A DNA stretch of 64,000 nucleotides from Pseudomonadota bacterium (GCA_043825735.1 JBDRRP010000027.1:1-64000); one strand, 5' to 3'; positions 1-9,821 are shown, counted from the first letter of the stretch. Notes: generated from the letters alone by a model not told the origin. Numbers and translations: made by a program.

Positions 1-96
1 TTCATCTTTTTCCGAAGTTCTCCGCGCCTCCGCGCCACTGCGCGAGAATGTTTTTGATTGCAGCGATAGCATCATGAGCTCTTTATAATTCAAAAT

Positions 97-232
97 TGAA
101 ATACTCGTAAAAAGTGATTTTGAACCGCAGAGACCGCAGAGGACCGCAGAGAATATGTTTAATAATTAATCAGTTGTCTCTGCGCTCTCTGTGTCCTCTG
201 TGGTGATTTCAGGTTTTTTAACTTGGCCATCA
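97..232. mobile_element. MITE-A (~135 bp, TGA..CGTAAAAAG / TTTTTA..CATCA ends) carrying triple-7-mer inverted arms
   Basis: Imperfect terminal inverted repeats with AAAT on both sides (93-96, 233-236); internal arms AACCGCAGAG x3 / CTCTG(C/T)G x3. Confidence 0.7.
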
Positions 233-294
233 AAATTAAAACCGATATGAATCTGTGTCGACACCCGTCGTGTCTAATTCAATAAGGAAACACA

Positions 295-2097
295 ATGCAT
301 CGAATTTACAGCCTCTCAACCTTCGCGGTTAGAATCATACTGATATCGCTGCTGCTTTTGATTGGCACCGCAGCAGCGGCCGACACCCGGCCCAACCGGG
401 TGGCCATCGTCCCGTTCGCCGTTCATGCCGATCGGGACATGACGTTTTTGCGGGACGGCATCACCGATATGCTGACCTCCCGGTTGAGCTGGGAAAAAAC
501 CGTTCAGGTGATCGGCCGCGAGCAGACCGCCGAGGCCGTCAAGAGCGCCACCGGCCCCCTGAACGAAATGCAGGCCCAGATCATCGGTGCCAAGCTCGAA
601 GCCGACTATGTTCTTTTCGGCAGTCTCACTATTTTTGCCGACAGCGTCAGCATCGACGCCAAGCTGGTGGATGTTTCCGGCGCCAAACCAACGCTCGCCT
701 TCTACAACCAGGCTCAGGGAATGGGCCAGGTCATCCCGCAGATCAACCGATTTGCCACCGACATCAACGCCAAGGTCTTCGGTCGCGGCACGCCGCCGCC
801 ACCGGTGGCGCTTCAGCCAGCGGCACCGGGTGCTTCTGCCGGTGCTGCGACCGGTGCTGCTGCCGGCGCTGTTGCCGGCGCTGTTGCCGGCGCTGTTGCC
901 GCCAGTTCGCCGCCATCGACATTGCCGGCCGATGTCCGCGCGCATCCCGAAAAACTGCTCGACGATAACTTTCGCCCGGAAGGAAGCGCCTCCCCCATAG
1001 GCGGCTCTCCCCTAGGCGACACCCAGTCCTCTACGCCCAACGCGCCCATCGGATCGGCGTTTATCGAGCCGGAAGTCCGTGAAACAGAGGCGAGTTTCTG
1101 GAAGAGCAGAACTATGAAAGCCCGCCTTGTCGGCGTCACCCTTGGCGATGTGGACAACGACGGTCAGGTGGAGACCATCATGGCCGACGAGCATACCGTG
1201 GATATCTACCGTATGGTGAAGGGCATCTTTCAACGCGCCTACCCGGCGATTGAAATGGGCACAGGCCACGTGATCGGAGTCGATGTGGGTGACATCAACG
1301 GCAACGGCTTCCTGGAGATCTACATATCGGCCCTCAACGCGCGCTATAACATCGCTGAATCCGCGGTATTTGAACTCAGCGGCGACAGCTTTAAACCGCT
1401 CATCAATAAAATCGAGTACTGTTTCCGGATTGCAACGACGCCGCTTCGCGGGACGATGCTGCTGGGGCAGAAGTTAAAGCCTTTTGGCGACCCCTGGGAA
1501 ATGCCCATCGAGGAGATGGCCTGGATCGCATCCGATCTGAAGCCCCAAACCCGCCTGTTGCCAGGGGGGGAGGCAATGATCCTGGGCGTTGCCTACAATG
1601 ACATCCAGAACACCGGCGCCGAAGACACGGCAGTGGTATTCTCCCCCTACGACGACCTCCAAGTGTTGAGCACGTCCGGCAAGACGCTGTGGAAAAGCGC
1701 TGAAAAATATGGCGGAAGCGAGCTTTATTTCCTCAAGGAGCCGGAGGGCGAAAGTGAAGAGAACCGGCAGTGGCTGCCGCTGAGAATACTGGCCTCCGAC
1801 ATCGACGGCAACGGCTCCGTTGACGTCATTTCGATCCAAAACAAGGACGTCTTCGATCGCACCCTTGCCCGCCAGAGAAAATACAACGAGGGGGTGGTCG
1901 TCGGCTTGAGCTGGGATCACGGCCAGCTCATTTCCACCTGGAAATCACGCCGCATCACCGGGCAGATCAGCGACATCGCCATCGGAGACATCGATAATGA
2001 CGGCCGGCCGGAACTGGTGCTGAGTGTCATCACCAACCAGGGAACCGTCATCGGCGTCAACCCGAGCAGCTCCCTGGTTGCCTATGACCTCAAATAA
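295..2097 (+). CDS. Secreted FG-GAP/VCBS-repeat protein with N-terminal TolB-N/CsgG-like domain and Ala/Pro linker
   Basis: Signal peptide; VAIVPF..ADYVLFGSL N-domain; repeated GDxDxDG motifs; SD AAGGA. Confidence 0.8.
   Translation: MHRIYSLSTFAVRIILISLLLLIGTAAAADTRPNRVAIVPFAVHADRDMTFLRDGITDMLTSRLSWEKTVQVIGREQTAEAVKSATGPLNEMQAQIIGAKLEADYVLFGSLTIFADSVSIDAKLVDVSGAKPTLAFYNQAQGMGQVIPQINRFATDINAKVFGRGTPPPPVALQPAAPGASAGAATGAAAGAVAGAVAGAVAASSPPSTLPADVRAHPEKLLDDNFRPEGSASPIGGSPLGDTQSSTPNAPIGSAFIEPEVRETEASFWKSRTMKARLVGVTLGDVDNDGQVETIMADEHTVDIYRMVKGIFQRAYPAIEMGTGHVIGVDVGDINGNGFLEIYISALNARYNIAESAVFELSGDSFKPLINKIEYCFRIATTPLRGTMLLGQKLKPFGDPWEMPIEEMAWIASDLKPQTRLLPGGEAMILGVAYNDIQNTGAEDTAVVFSPYDDLQVLSTSGKTLWKSAEKYGGSELYFLKEPEGESEENRQWLPLRILASDIDGNGSVDVISIQNKDVFDRTLARQRKYNEGVVVGLSWDHGQLISTWKSRRITGQISDIAIGDIDNDGRPELVLSVITNQGTVIGVNPSSSLVAYDLK
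862..900 (+). repeat. 12-bp coding tandem repeat (GCCGGCGCTGTT)x3, encoding AGAV
   Basis: Read directly. Confidence 0.85.
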
Positions 2098-2133
2098 TAA
2101 ATGAGGGCAAACAGCCGCCCTCATTTATAGGTA

Positions 2134-2169
2134 AAACGGCAGGCGAAGGCCTGCCGTTTCTGTTTTTTT
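2134..2169 (+). terminator. Intrinsic terminator
   Basis: AAACGGCAGGC-GAAG-GCCTGCCGTTT followed by a T-run. Confidence 0.75.
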
Positions 2170-2212
2170 CCCTGCAGACCCTTTACATCTTTTTGATAAC
2201 CTAAAAAAGATA

Positions 2213-2346
2213 TTTCTCGCAAAGAGCCGCGGAGACGCAGAGAACTACCGTAAATGGAACTGCGGGAGTGATTTTCCCTGCGCCTCAGCGCCTCTGCGGG
2301 AGAAATGAATTATAAAATCTTTGTATCCTCTGTGACGCTGTGGTTC
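2213..2346. repeat. Triple-7-mer inverted arm pair plus a solo arm
   Basis: CTCGCAAAGAGCCGCGGAGACGCAGAG ... CCTGCGCCTCAGCGCCTCTGCGGGAG. Confidence 0.7.
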
Positions 2347-2388
2347 AACATCTCTGTGGGAAGAGACTCACTGCGGTTCCCGCTGTTT

Positions 2389-2545
2389 TGTAGAGGAGGG
2401 GTTCATCCCCTCCCGAAATCCGCAGGGCTTACCCCGATCGCCGATGGTTACCGATCACGGGCGGGGATCCGGCCTTTCGCCAATGCTTCCACCGTCGCTG
2501 CGCTATGGCGGACAAGGCAGCGGACAGGTAAACCCCGCCCCTACA
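2389..2545. repeat. GTAG-type REP doublet with nested micro-insertions (degenerate copy of the MITE-B core)
   Basis: TGTAGAGGAGGGGTTCATCCCCTCCCG ... CGGGCGGGGA[insert]TAAACCCCGCCCCTACA; homologous to 5635-5720, 18905-19075 and 37240-37395. Confidence 0.75.
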
Positions 2546-2670
2546 CGATTCAGTAGTTCCTGACACCGATTTGGAAGGCCGCGTCGGGCGCTTCGTTGTA
2601 AATACGAAATTCGATTGAAATCCGGGACATCATTGAAGCGACAGGCGGGCGGCATCACTCGCAGCATGAT

Positions 2671-2700
2671 AAAAAAAACCCGGGGCCGAAGCCCCGGGTT
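2671..2700 (-). terminator. Intrinsic terminator of the porin gene
   Basis: AACCCGGGGC-CGAA-GCCCCGGGTT with an A8 run on the + strand. Confidence 0.75.
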
Positions 2701-2736
2701 CATTTTTCAGGTTTCTAAGCTGTCAGGATAGACAGA

Positions 2737-3822
2737 TTAGAAGTTGATCTGGAACTTGGCACCCAAGAGAACCTGGTTGCCTTCTTTGGCCTTGGCAGAA
2801 TCTTCCATATAATCGAAAACGGAAATTTCCGGGATGATGAACACGCCGTCGGCCAGGGTGAGGGGCACCTGGAAGTAGTAGGACATCGCCGGATCGTCAT
2901 TGGTCGCGACGGAGGAGTCATAGGAGTTTACAGTATAACCCACACCGGCCTCGAGGCCAACCATGTCATTTACCGTGAAGCCAGCAACCAGGGTATAACC
3001 CATGGTGGTGGTGTCTTTGAGCTCAGTACCCGTCCAGATTGCAGTGGTGACAGTACCGACCGGGTTAACGCTGGCAGCGGTATTGTAGTTACCCACGTTT
3101 TTAGCGTACTGGAAGGAGCCGCCGACCATGAAGGGGCCGCCGCTGTATTTCAGCATGAGGTTGCCGATCATCGAGGTAACGGCCTTGGTGTTGTCCGCGG
3201 CGTTGTAAAAATCAACGCTGTTCCAACCACCGGAAACATGCAGGTTGACCGGGCCGAAAGCGCCGTTGTAAGCCAATTCGATCTTCGGCAGGGTGGCGCG
3301 CACATTGGCACGAGCAAAGGTAGCGGTGGGGTCAAAAACAGTCCCCGTTGAAGGCGATACAGCAGCGACCTTGAAACCGCCGAACTTAAACTCGATGGCA
3401 GGCAGGCGGGAGAAAGGCGCACCAAAGCCGAGCAAATTCTGGTCACCACCAGCTTTAGTACCAAGGACCTGGTTGCTCAGCCCGTAGTAGGTCGGGTTGT
3501 ACATCGTACCAACTGACATTTCGCCGGAACCGAAGTGCCAGGTGCCGTAGAGCAGACGAACGTTGACGCTCGGTCCGTACTCACAACGGCCCTTGACGTC
3601 GCCAGCGGCGACATTGGCGCCGATACGGCTGTTGCCCTGCTGATAAAACTGGGTGGTCCGGTTGTCAGAGTTGGTCGTCAACGGGTTTGCTGCAAGATCC
3701 TTGGACTGGCTTTCATTGAACAGCGACATGCGGGAACTACCGTAGAAGTTCCAGTCGGCTGCCAGTGCGGTGCCGCCGAGTACCAGGGCGAAAACCGCGG
3801 TAAAAAGGATAATCTTCTTCAT
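2737..3822 (-). CDS. Outer-membrane beta-barrel porin-like protein
   Basis: Signal peptide (ALA|ADW), alternating beta pattern, C-terminal AKFQINF, strong SD. Confidence 0.8.
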   Translation of the reverse strand: MKKIILFTAVFALVLGGTALAADWNFYGSSRMSLFNESQSKDLAANPLTTNSDNRTTQFYQQGNSRIGANVAAGDVKGRCEYGPSVNVRLLYGTWHFGSGEMSVGTMYNPTYYGLSNQVLGTKAGGDQNLLGFGAPFSRLPAIEFKFGGFKVAAVSPSTGTVFDPTATFARANVRATLPKIELAYNGAFGPVNLHVSGGWNSVDFYNAADNTKAVTSMIGNLMLKYSGGPFMVGGSFQYAKNVGNYNTAASVNPVGTVTTAIWTGTELKDTTTMGYTLVAGFTVNDMVGLEAGVGYTVNSYDSSVATNDDPAMSYYFQVPLTLADGVFIIPEISVFDYMEDSAKAKEGNQVLLGAKFQINF

Positions 3823-4318
3823 CTTAACTTCCTCCTTGATGGATGGTGAAAAAAGTCAACTCCCCATGAGTCAACTTGGCCTAACTAACTCCCGTGTCAA
3901 TCGGCGCCAAGGCGCCTTTTTTCAGCATCACCTCCTTTCCGGTTTCTGCCCGCTTCTTCATTCGGGCAACCCCGACCGGGGGCGATAGAGCTAATTGGTG
4001 CGGTAATTACCAACCCGATAATCAAAAGTCAAGGTTTTTGTAAAAAATCACATGGGACGCAACCGCCTTTGAAAACTATCATTTTTTTGCATAATCCTCA
4101 TAAAGCCCTTGTTATTGCAGCATCCGTCACTCGCCATCGTTGTTTTCGCCCGGCCAGTCGTCGCTTTCGCCATTATTTCCCGTCCGCAGCGCTGCCCGGA
4201 TGGCGACCGCTGCGCCTGTGGGAGGCAGGTGACAATTGATTGCCGATTGTGCACGTTGGTGATCGAAGTGATCATTGAGTCCGATCACCAGCAGGCGGGC
4301 TGGGACCAGACTCACGAT

Positions 4319-4473
4319 TGCCCATCCATGGGCAACCGCCTGCGCCCTCTCCCTTGATGGGAGAGGGCCGGGATGAGGGTGACAACCAACCGATAACAAA
4401 AGACAATTTTCTACCATCTCGCCCCCTCCCCTGGCACCTCCCACAAGGGGAGGGGGGGATTTATGGATGGGCA
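4319..4473. repeat. CCCTC(T/C)CC..GGGAG(A/G)GGG hairpin doublet bounded by TGCCCATCCAT/ATGGATGGGCA
   Basis: Read directly; related hairpins at 9822-10000 and 18826-18859. Confidence 0.7.
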
Positions 4474-4711
4474 CTAATTCAGAACCATGAAAACCAAAAC
4501 CCGTTCTCGCGCAGAGACGCAGGGACGCAGAGGAAAGCGATTAAAACAACGAGCAAAATGTTTTCTTCGTGTCCTTCATGAGCTCGTGGCACGCCATCCG
4601 AAGTTGCAGGGATGGCCAACTTTGATGAAACCTAAAAAAGGCCTAAAAGCGGGCCCTGACTGAACGCCTCACAGCATCGTTATAAAGCACGTTGACATTA
4701 TGTTATAATAT

Positions 4712-4774
4712 GATGGCATCATCAAAATTGTATCGATTCAGGAGATAAAAAAGAGAGATGAGCACACATACTGA
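4712..4774 (+). pseudogene. 3' remnant of a RelE/HigB-type toxin (DGIIKIVSIQEIKKRDEHTY*)
   Basis: Manual translation; the KKRDExTY end is typical of a RelE subfamily; overlaps the antitoxin start; in-frame TAA at 4706 and no start codon. Confidence 0.65.
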
Positions 4775-5102
4775 CCCTCAGGTCATCATGCTGAACGGAA
4801 AACCTGCCTTCGCCGTACTCCCCTGGGATGATTATGCGAAGCTGGCCGAATATCGTGATAAGGCGCAGCACGATGTCTGGTTCCCGCAAAGCGTGGTTGA
4901 AGCCAACGCCGTGCGCGAAGAAGGCCTGATAAAGGCCTGGCGCGAATACTTCGGGCTGACCCAAAAAGAGCTGGCTGATCGTGCCGGGATTAAACAACCC
5001 TCGCTTGCCAGATTGGAAGGCGGCAAATCAACACCCCGAACCAGCACCCTCAAAAAACTGGCCGAAGCGATGGGATTAGCGATCGAACAGCTCATCGAAT
5101 AA
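4758..5102 (+). CDS. XRE/HTH antitoxin (HigA-like) with Phd-like N-terminus
   Basis: NGKPAFAVLP N-terminus; LIKAWREYFGLTQKELADRAGIKQPSLARLE HTH. Confidence 0.85.
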   Translation: MSTHTDPQVIMLNGKPAFAVLPWDDYAKLAEYRDKAQHDVWFPQSVVEANAVREEGLIKAWREYFGLTQKELADRAGIKQPSLARLEGGKSTPRTSTLKKLAEAMGLAIEQLIE

Positions 5103-5103
5103 C

Positions 5104-5835
5104 TGATGGCACCGTAAAAAGTCGGTTTCTTTCTTTTTTTTTGTCATCCCGGACGAGTGAAACGAGATCCGGGATCCAGTGATCTTAAGCAGTTCTGGAC
5201 CACGCCCGCAGGCAGCGCACAAGATGCCCCGCGGTCACGACGCAAGAGCGTCGTGACCGGATGGTGGATATGACCTTCCCTGAGTCTTTGCGTCTCCGGC
5301 AAATAGGTTTGATAGCCCCGTAAAAAGTCCGAATCTCTCGCAAAGCCGCAGCGATCGCAAAGATAACTAATTGATATTAAAAATGTTTTTCTTTGCGTTC
5401 TTAGCGCCTTCTTGTCGGGCGTAGCTCGCAGAGCGAAGACTGATGCGAGAAAATTGCTTTTTTACAGATTCATCAACGTTGATGAAACCGTAAAAAGGGA
5501 TTTTGAACCACAGAGGACGCAGAGAACCGCAGAGAATATGATTAATAATCAATCAGTTATCTCTGCGCCCGCTGTGGTGGTTTCAGACTTTTACTGGACT
5601 GTCAAGATTATCCCACTCGTTTTTGTCCACTGATCACGGGCGGGGATCAGCCTTCGCCAAGGCTTCCACCGTCGCTGCGCAATGGCGGACAAGACTGCGG
5701 ACAGGTAACGCACCCTACGCGATTGACCGATCTCCGGTGCCCATATGGAATGCCGCGATGGGCGTTTCGGTGCGATGCTGGGTTTTTGGTTCAAACAACG
5801 TCGGCTCATTTACGGGAGGATAGTGCGTAACCAAG
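5104..5835. repeat. Composite repeat field: CGTC-type REP, two tandem TGAT..TCA-ended MITEs (5310-5475, 5480-5604), partial MITE-B
   Basis: Each module recurs elsewhere in the window (25207-25314, 37081-37198, 97-232, 37300-37513). Confidence 0.75.
5411..5443 (+). mobile_element. 33-bp hairpin micro-insertion
   Basis: Filled site GCGCCTT[33 bp]TGCGAGAAAATTGC versus empty site at 37174-37194; no target duplication. Confidence 0.8.
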
Positions 5836-6119
5836 TATATGTATTTTGACAAGATCTGGCCCAAATCAGAAACACGTTTATCGAATATTTGGCCAACCTG
5901 CCGTTAATACAGTCGATCTCTTTCTCATGGTTTTCCCTGCCGCAAAGTGCGCCAATGCGCGGCCACAAGCCGCGCATATGGGTTGATTTCTGCGCTCAAC
6001 CCGCATATGGTACGGCTTAATCCCTTGCTTAGACGGCGACTTTACCCCTTTTCATTTGCAGGCAGGCATGCTAAGCGTACGGCCTTATTCAGGTAATGAA
6101 TGACCATTAATTAGGTAAA

Positions 6120-7988
6120 TTGAAGACAAATATGTATTGCCAGATTCGATTCACGCCATCACTGAAGCGGCGGCCCCTGATGTTCACCGTTATGGCCGCG
6201 CTGATGGGTGCGCTTCTGATGGTGCCCGCTATTGCCACCGCAGCGCCCGAAAAAATCCTCATCCTCCCCTTTACCATTCACGCTGAAAAGGACATGGGCT
6301 TTCTCAACCATGGCATCGTGGCCATGCTCATGTCCCGGCTCACCAAACCCGGCAAAACAGTCACCGAAGCGGTTTCGGAGCTGCCGGGGACACCGAAAAA
6401 AGTCGCGGAACTGGCCCGCTCCCTGGGCGCCAAGTATTACACCGCCGGCAGCCTCACCCTGTTTGGCAACAGTGTCAGCACCGACGCCAGGCTCATCGAG
6501 ACCGACACGGGCAAAACCGTGGTCGCCTACAACCAGTACGGCGAGCGCGCCGGCGACGTACTCGCCCACATGGACGTCTTCGCAAAAAAGGTCGACGCCC
6601 AGCTTAACGCCGCCGCGCCTCCGATCACCGCCGCGCCTCCGATCACCGCCGCGCCACTGGTCGCCGCCGCGCCGGCATCGGCACCCGCTGTGGCGGCCCC
6701 CGCAGCGACAGCCGCGGCTACGGTCGTTGCCGCTGGTACAGCCGCAGCCATCACCGCCGCGCCCCAGGCCACCGCGGCGACACCCGCTCCGACCGCTACG
6801 CCTGCGCCGTCACTGCCGACGCCCGGTGTCAAGATGGCAACGCCGGCCGCCGCACCGGTGGTCGCGATTGCAGACGCAGCGGCAGATTACCCCTTCTTTG
6901 AAAGCCAGGGATTTCCGGAAGAAATCCGCAGCCTCACCACCGGAGATATTGATGGAGACGGCACCCTAGAAATAATATTCGCCGGTGCCAATAGGCTCTC
7001 GGTGATGCGCTTTCAAGACGGCAAATTGATTCCCATCACCGGATACAACAGCCCTCGCGAGTACCCTATTCTCACAGTTGACGCAGCCGACCTCAACGGC
7101 AACGGCCGCAGTGAGCTTTTCATCACCCGCATCAACGAAATGGTTCAAAGCAGAGACCCCAACGTGCGCCAATGGGGGATTGATTCAATAGTACTCGAAA
7201 GCCAGAACGAGCGTCTTATCGAAATCGCCTCCGGCTTGAAGTATTACTTCAGGGCCATCGACACACCTGACGCCGGACGCGTGGTGCTGGCGCAACGAAG
7301 GGGCACCGTTGTCACCTACGGTGAACTGGAGGCTGCCACGAGCAGGAGCAATACCGGCAGTCTCTTTTTGGGCAACGTTTTTTATCTGACCTACCAAAAC
7401 GGCGCCTACGTGCCTGGAGAAACAGTGCTTCTTCCCGGTCTACTGACCATCTACGATTTTGTGCCGGGCGACATTCTCAACGACGGCAGCGACATCCTCA
7501 CCGCGCTCACCGGGAAGGGGTACTTGACGCTCCTCGATGTCGGTGGCAAAAAGAAATGGAAGGGAAAGGACCGTTACGGTGGCAGCACCGTGTACCTGGA
7601 ATACCCGTCCATCGAAGGGACCAGCCAGATGGACCGTTACTACCTGCGCCAGCGGCTGTTCGTACTCGACATCGATCAGGACGATAACAACGAAGTCGTA
7701 CTGGTCAACAATCATGACTTTTCCATGTCCCTCGCCTCACGGGTGAGGATCTACCAGAACGGAACCATTGCCTGCCTGTCGTGGGGTGAGCGCTCGCTGA
7801 TGAGAAAATGGGATACCGAAGAAATGAGCGGCTTCATCGGCGATCTGGCCATTGCCGATATCGACGCCGATGGGCAGAAGGAAATGATTTACGCCGTTGT
7901 GGAAAAGACTCAGGATACATTTTCCGACGGCAAGAGCTTTATCGTCATCCAGAACCCGCCATCACCGGGGGATGACAACCGGCAATAA
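6120..7988 (+). CDS. Secreted FG-GAP/VCBS-repeat protein, paralog of 295..2097 (start uncertain)
   Basis: Same architecture: ILILPF N-domain, Ala/Pro/Thr linker with an 18-bp repeat at 6610-6655, DxDxDG motifs, YGGS motif. Confidence 0.8.
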   Translation: MKTNMYCQIRFTPSLKRRPLMFTVMAALMGALLMVPAIATAAPEKILILPFTIHAEKDMGFLNHGIVAMLMSRLTKPGKTVTEAVSELPGTPKKVAELARSLGAKYYTAGSLTLFGNSVSTDARLIETDTGKTVVAYNQYGERAGDVLAHMDVFAKKVDAQLNAAAPPITAAPPITAAPLVAAAPASAPAVAAPAATAAATVVAAGTAAAITAAPQATAATPAPTATPAPSLPTPGVKMATPAAAPVVAIADAAADYPFFESQGFPEEIRSLTTGDIDGDGTLEIIFAGANRLSVMRFQDGKLIPITGYNSPREYPILTVDAADLNGNGRSELFITRINEMVQSRDPNVRQWGIDSIVLESQNERLIEIASGLKYYFRAIDTPDAGRVVLAQRRGTVVTYGELEAATSRSNTGSLFLGNVFYLTYQNGAYVPGETVLLPGLLTIYDFVPGDILNDGSDILTALTGKGYLTLLDVGGKKKWKGKDRYGGSTVYLEYPSIEGTSQMDRYYLRQRLFVLDIDQDDNNEVVLVNNHDFSMSLASRVRIYQNGTIACLSWGERSLMRKWDTEEMSGFIGDLAIADIDADGQKEMIYAVVEKTQDTFSDGKSFIVIQNPPSPGDDNRQ

Positions 7989-8126
7989 CACCGGCAGACA
8001 GGGGGGACTGTCTGCTGCGGGGCAATTTAACGCAACTGGAAGCCACTTTTCGAAAGGAGGTGATCGGCCCACAACCGCAGTCACGTAGTATTGCCGTTAT
8101 ATCAATTCCATTAAGGAGGGAGACAG

Positions 8127-9677
8127 ATGAAAAGGATAACCTTATTGGCCGTGGTGTTGGGGCTCTGCATGATGATGGCCGCTCCGGTCATGGCGCTTGA
8201 TGTCGAATTCTCGGGGCAGTACCGCACCAGAGGCTACTACATCGATAAACAAGACATGGGCTTTATCAACGGTAACAATATCGACAGTTCCTACATGGAC
8301 ATGCGCTTTCGTCTTCAGACCATTTTCAAGGTCAACGAAAACATCAGCGTGACCACCCGTTTCGATGCTCTGGACAATAAAAAATGGGGCGACAAGCTCC
8401 CCGGTTACACGAGCGCCTACGCGCTTCAAAGCGGTACGGCGGACAGTAGCCCGGACGACCAGGCCAACGTCGATTTCGACCGGGCCTATGCCACCATCAA
8501 GACCCCTATTGGCGGATTCTTGTTCGGTCGCATGAAGGACAATTCCTGGGGGACGAGCTTCAGCGACACCGAAGGTGACGGCGATCGCCTCGTCTACGTG
8601 GTACCGGTTCAGAACTGGATTTTTGCCGCTGTATACGAAAAATGGCATGAACTTGATGGTGACCCGAACAACCGTGTCAATGTGGGCACCTATGCACCGG
8701 CCTACGGTTCGGACCAGGACAACGATAAATACTACCTGACCGCCACGTACCGTTCAGAAGCCTTCACTGCAGGCATGCTGTATGGCTACTACAAGGTCGG
8801 GAACTACATGGATATGGGCGATGAAAGCCATTACCAGATCATCAGGACCACACTCGGGGCCGCCGGCTATACTTCCCTGCGCCGCCCTATAAGTGCCACC
8901 GCACACGTGTTCAGCCCCTACGTTTCCGGCCGCTGGGGTGACCTTGAGATCCAGGCGGAAGGAACCATGGCCTTCGGCAAGGTGGACTACAAGTACGGCC
9001 AGATGAGCGACCCAAATGGCTATGGCACTATTCCAGTGGTTGGGACCACCATCATCCAGAGCATGAATAACAACGGCAAGACCAAAGACCTTGAACTGAG
9101 CAACTTCATGATCGACGCCACCTACCACTTCGGGCCCCTGGCACTGAACGGCGGCTACGGACAGGTCTCCGGCGACCAGAAGTATCGCAGCAACGATACG
9201 GGCAAGGCCACTGCCTTCGGCTTCATCGAAGAGGGCGGCGACTGGCACAAGCTTTGGATCCTCAACGGCGGCAGCCGCCGCGGGGACGACAACGGCATGT
9301 ATCAGTCGATGGGCGGAACATACACCCCCTTGACCGGAGGCACCGCTGAGTCAATGGGTAACGTCTCCAACTTCCAGAATCAGGTCAGCGTCAATGGCTA
9401 CCGTGCCTGGTGGATCGGTGGCGACTACAGCATCATGGAAAACCTGACCGCGGGCATTCTTGTGGGCGCTTCCAAGGCCGACAGAACCATCGAGGGCTGG
9501 GACAGCAACCATGGAACGGAATATGACGTCAACGTGATCTGGGATATCTACGAAAACCTGAGATGGCGAATGACCTACGCCTATCTGAAGGCTGGGGACT
9601 ACTGGAAGCAGGGCAGCTCCACGACTCAGCTTAAAGATCCTTACACCTTCTACACCAACATCTCAGTTAATTTTTAA
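8127..9677 (+). CDS. Outer-membrane porin-like protein
   Basis: Signal peptide; FSGQYRTR, MRFRL and DFDRAY motifs; C-terminal NISVNF; SD TAAGGAGG. Confidence 0.8.
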   Translation: MKRITLLAVVLGLCMMMAAPVMALDVEFSGQYRTRGYYIDKQDMGFINGNNIDSSYMDMRFRLQTIFKVNENISVTTRFDALDNKKWGDKLPGYTSAYALQSGTADSSPDDQANVDFDRAYATIKTPIGGFLFGRMKDNSWGTSFSDTEGDGDRLVYVVPVQNWIFAAVYEKWHELDGDPNNRVNVGTYAPAYGSDQDNDKYYLTATYRSEAFTAGMLYGYYKVGNYMDMGDESHYQIIRTTLGAAGYTSLRRPISATAHVFSPYVSGRWGDLEIQAEGTMAFGKVDYKYGQMSDPNGYGTIPVVGTTIIQSMNNNGKTKDLELSNFMIDATYHFGPLALNGGYGQVSGDQKYRSNDTGKATAFGFIEEGGDWHKLWILNGGSRRGDDNGMYQSMGGTYTPLTGGTAESMGNVSNFQNQVSVNGYRAWWIGGDYSIMENLTAGILVGASKADRTIEGWDSNHGTEYDVNVIWDIYENLRWRMTYAYLKAGDYWKQGSSTTQLKDPYTFYTNISVNF

Positions 9678-9690
9678 GTCTCGGAAATAC

Positions 9691-9722
9691 AAAAGCCCGG
9701 GCCGAATCGGCCCGGGTTTTTT
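9691..9722 (+). terminator. Intrinsic terminator
   Basis: GCCCGGGCCG-AAT-CGGCCCGGGT followed by a T-run. Confidence 0.8.
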
Positions 9723-9821
9723 GTTATTACCGTCACCATTTCAATTCTGTGCGAAGCTTGGAGTGGGAAACCGAGCCCCACAGCCGGTAGTAAATTTTCG
9801 ACAGGTTTTCTGGCGTTGTTT

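Noticed and set aside
2305..2556. Short intergenic ORFs (also 5367, 18899, 37141, 47263 and similar)
   Set aside because: They are translations of repeat elements, with no SD or family motifs
8052..8080. 16S rRNA 3' end on the minus strand
   Set aside because: The match is only ~14 nt and does not extend; treated as an extended SD
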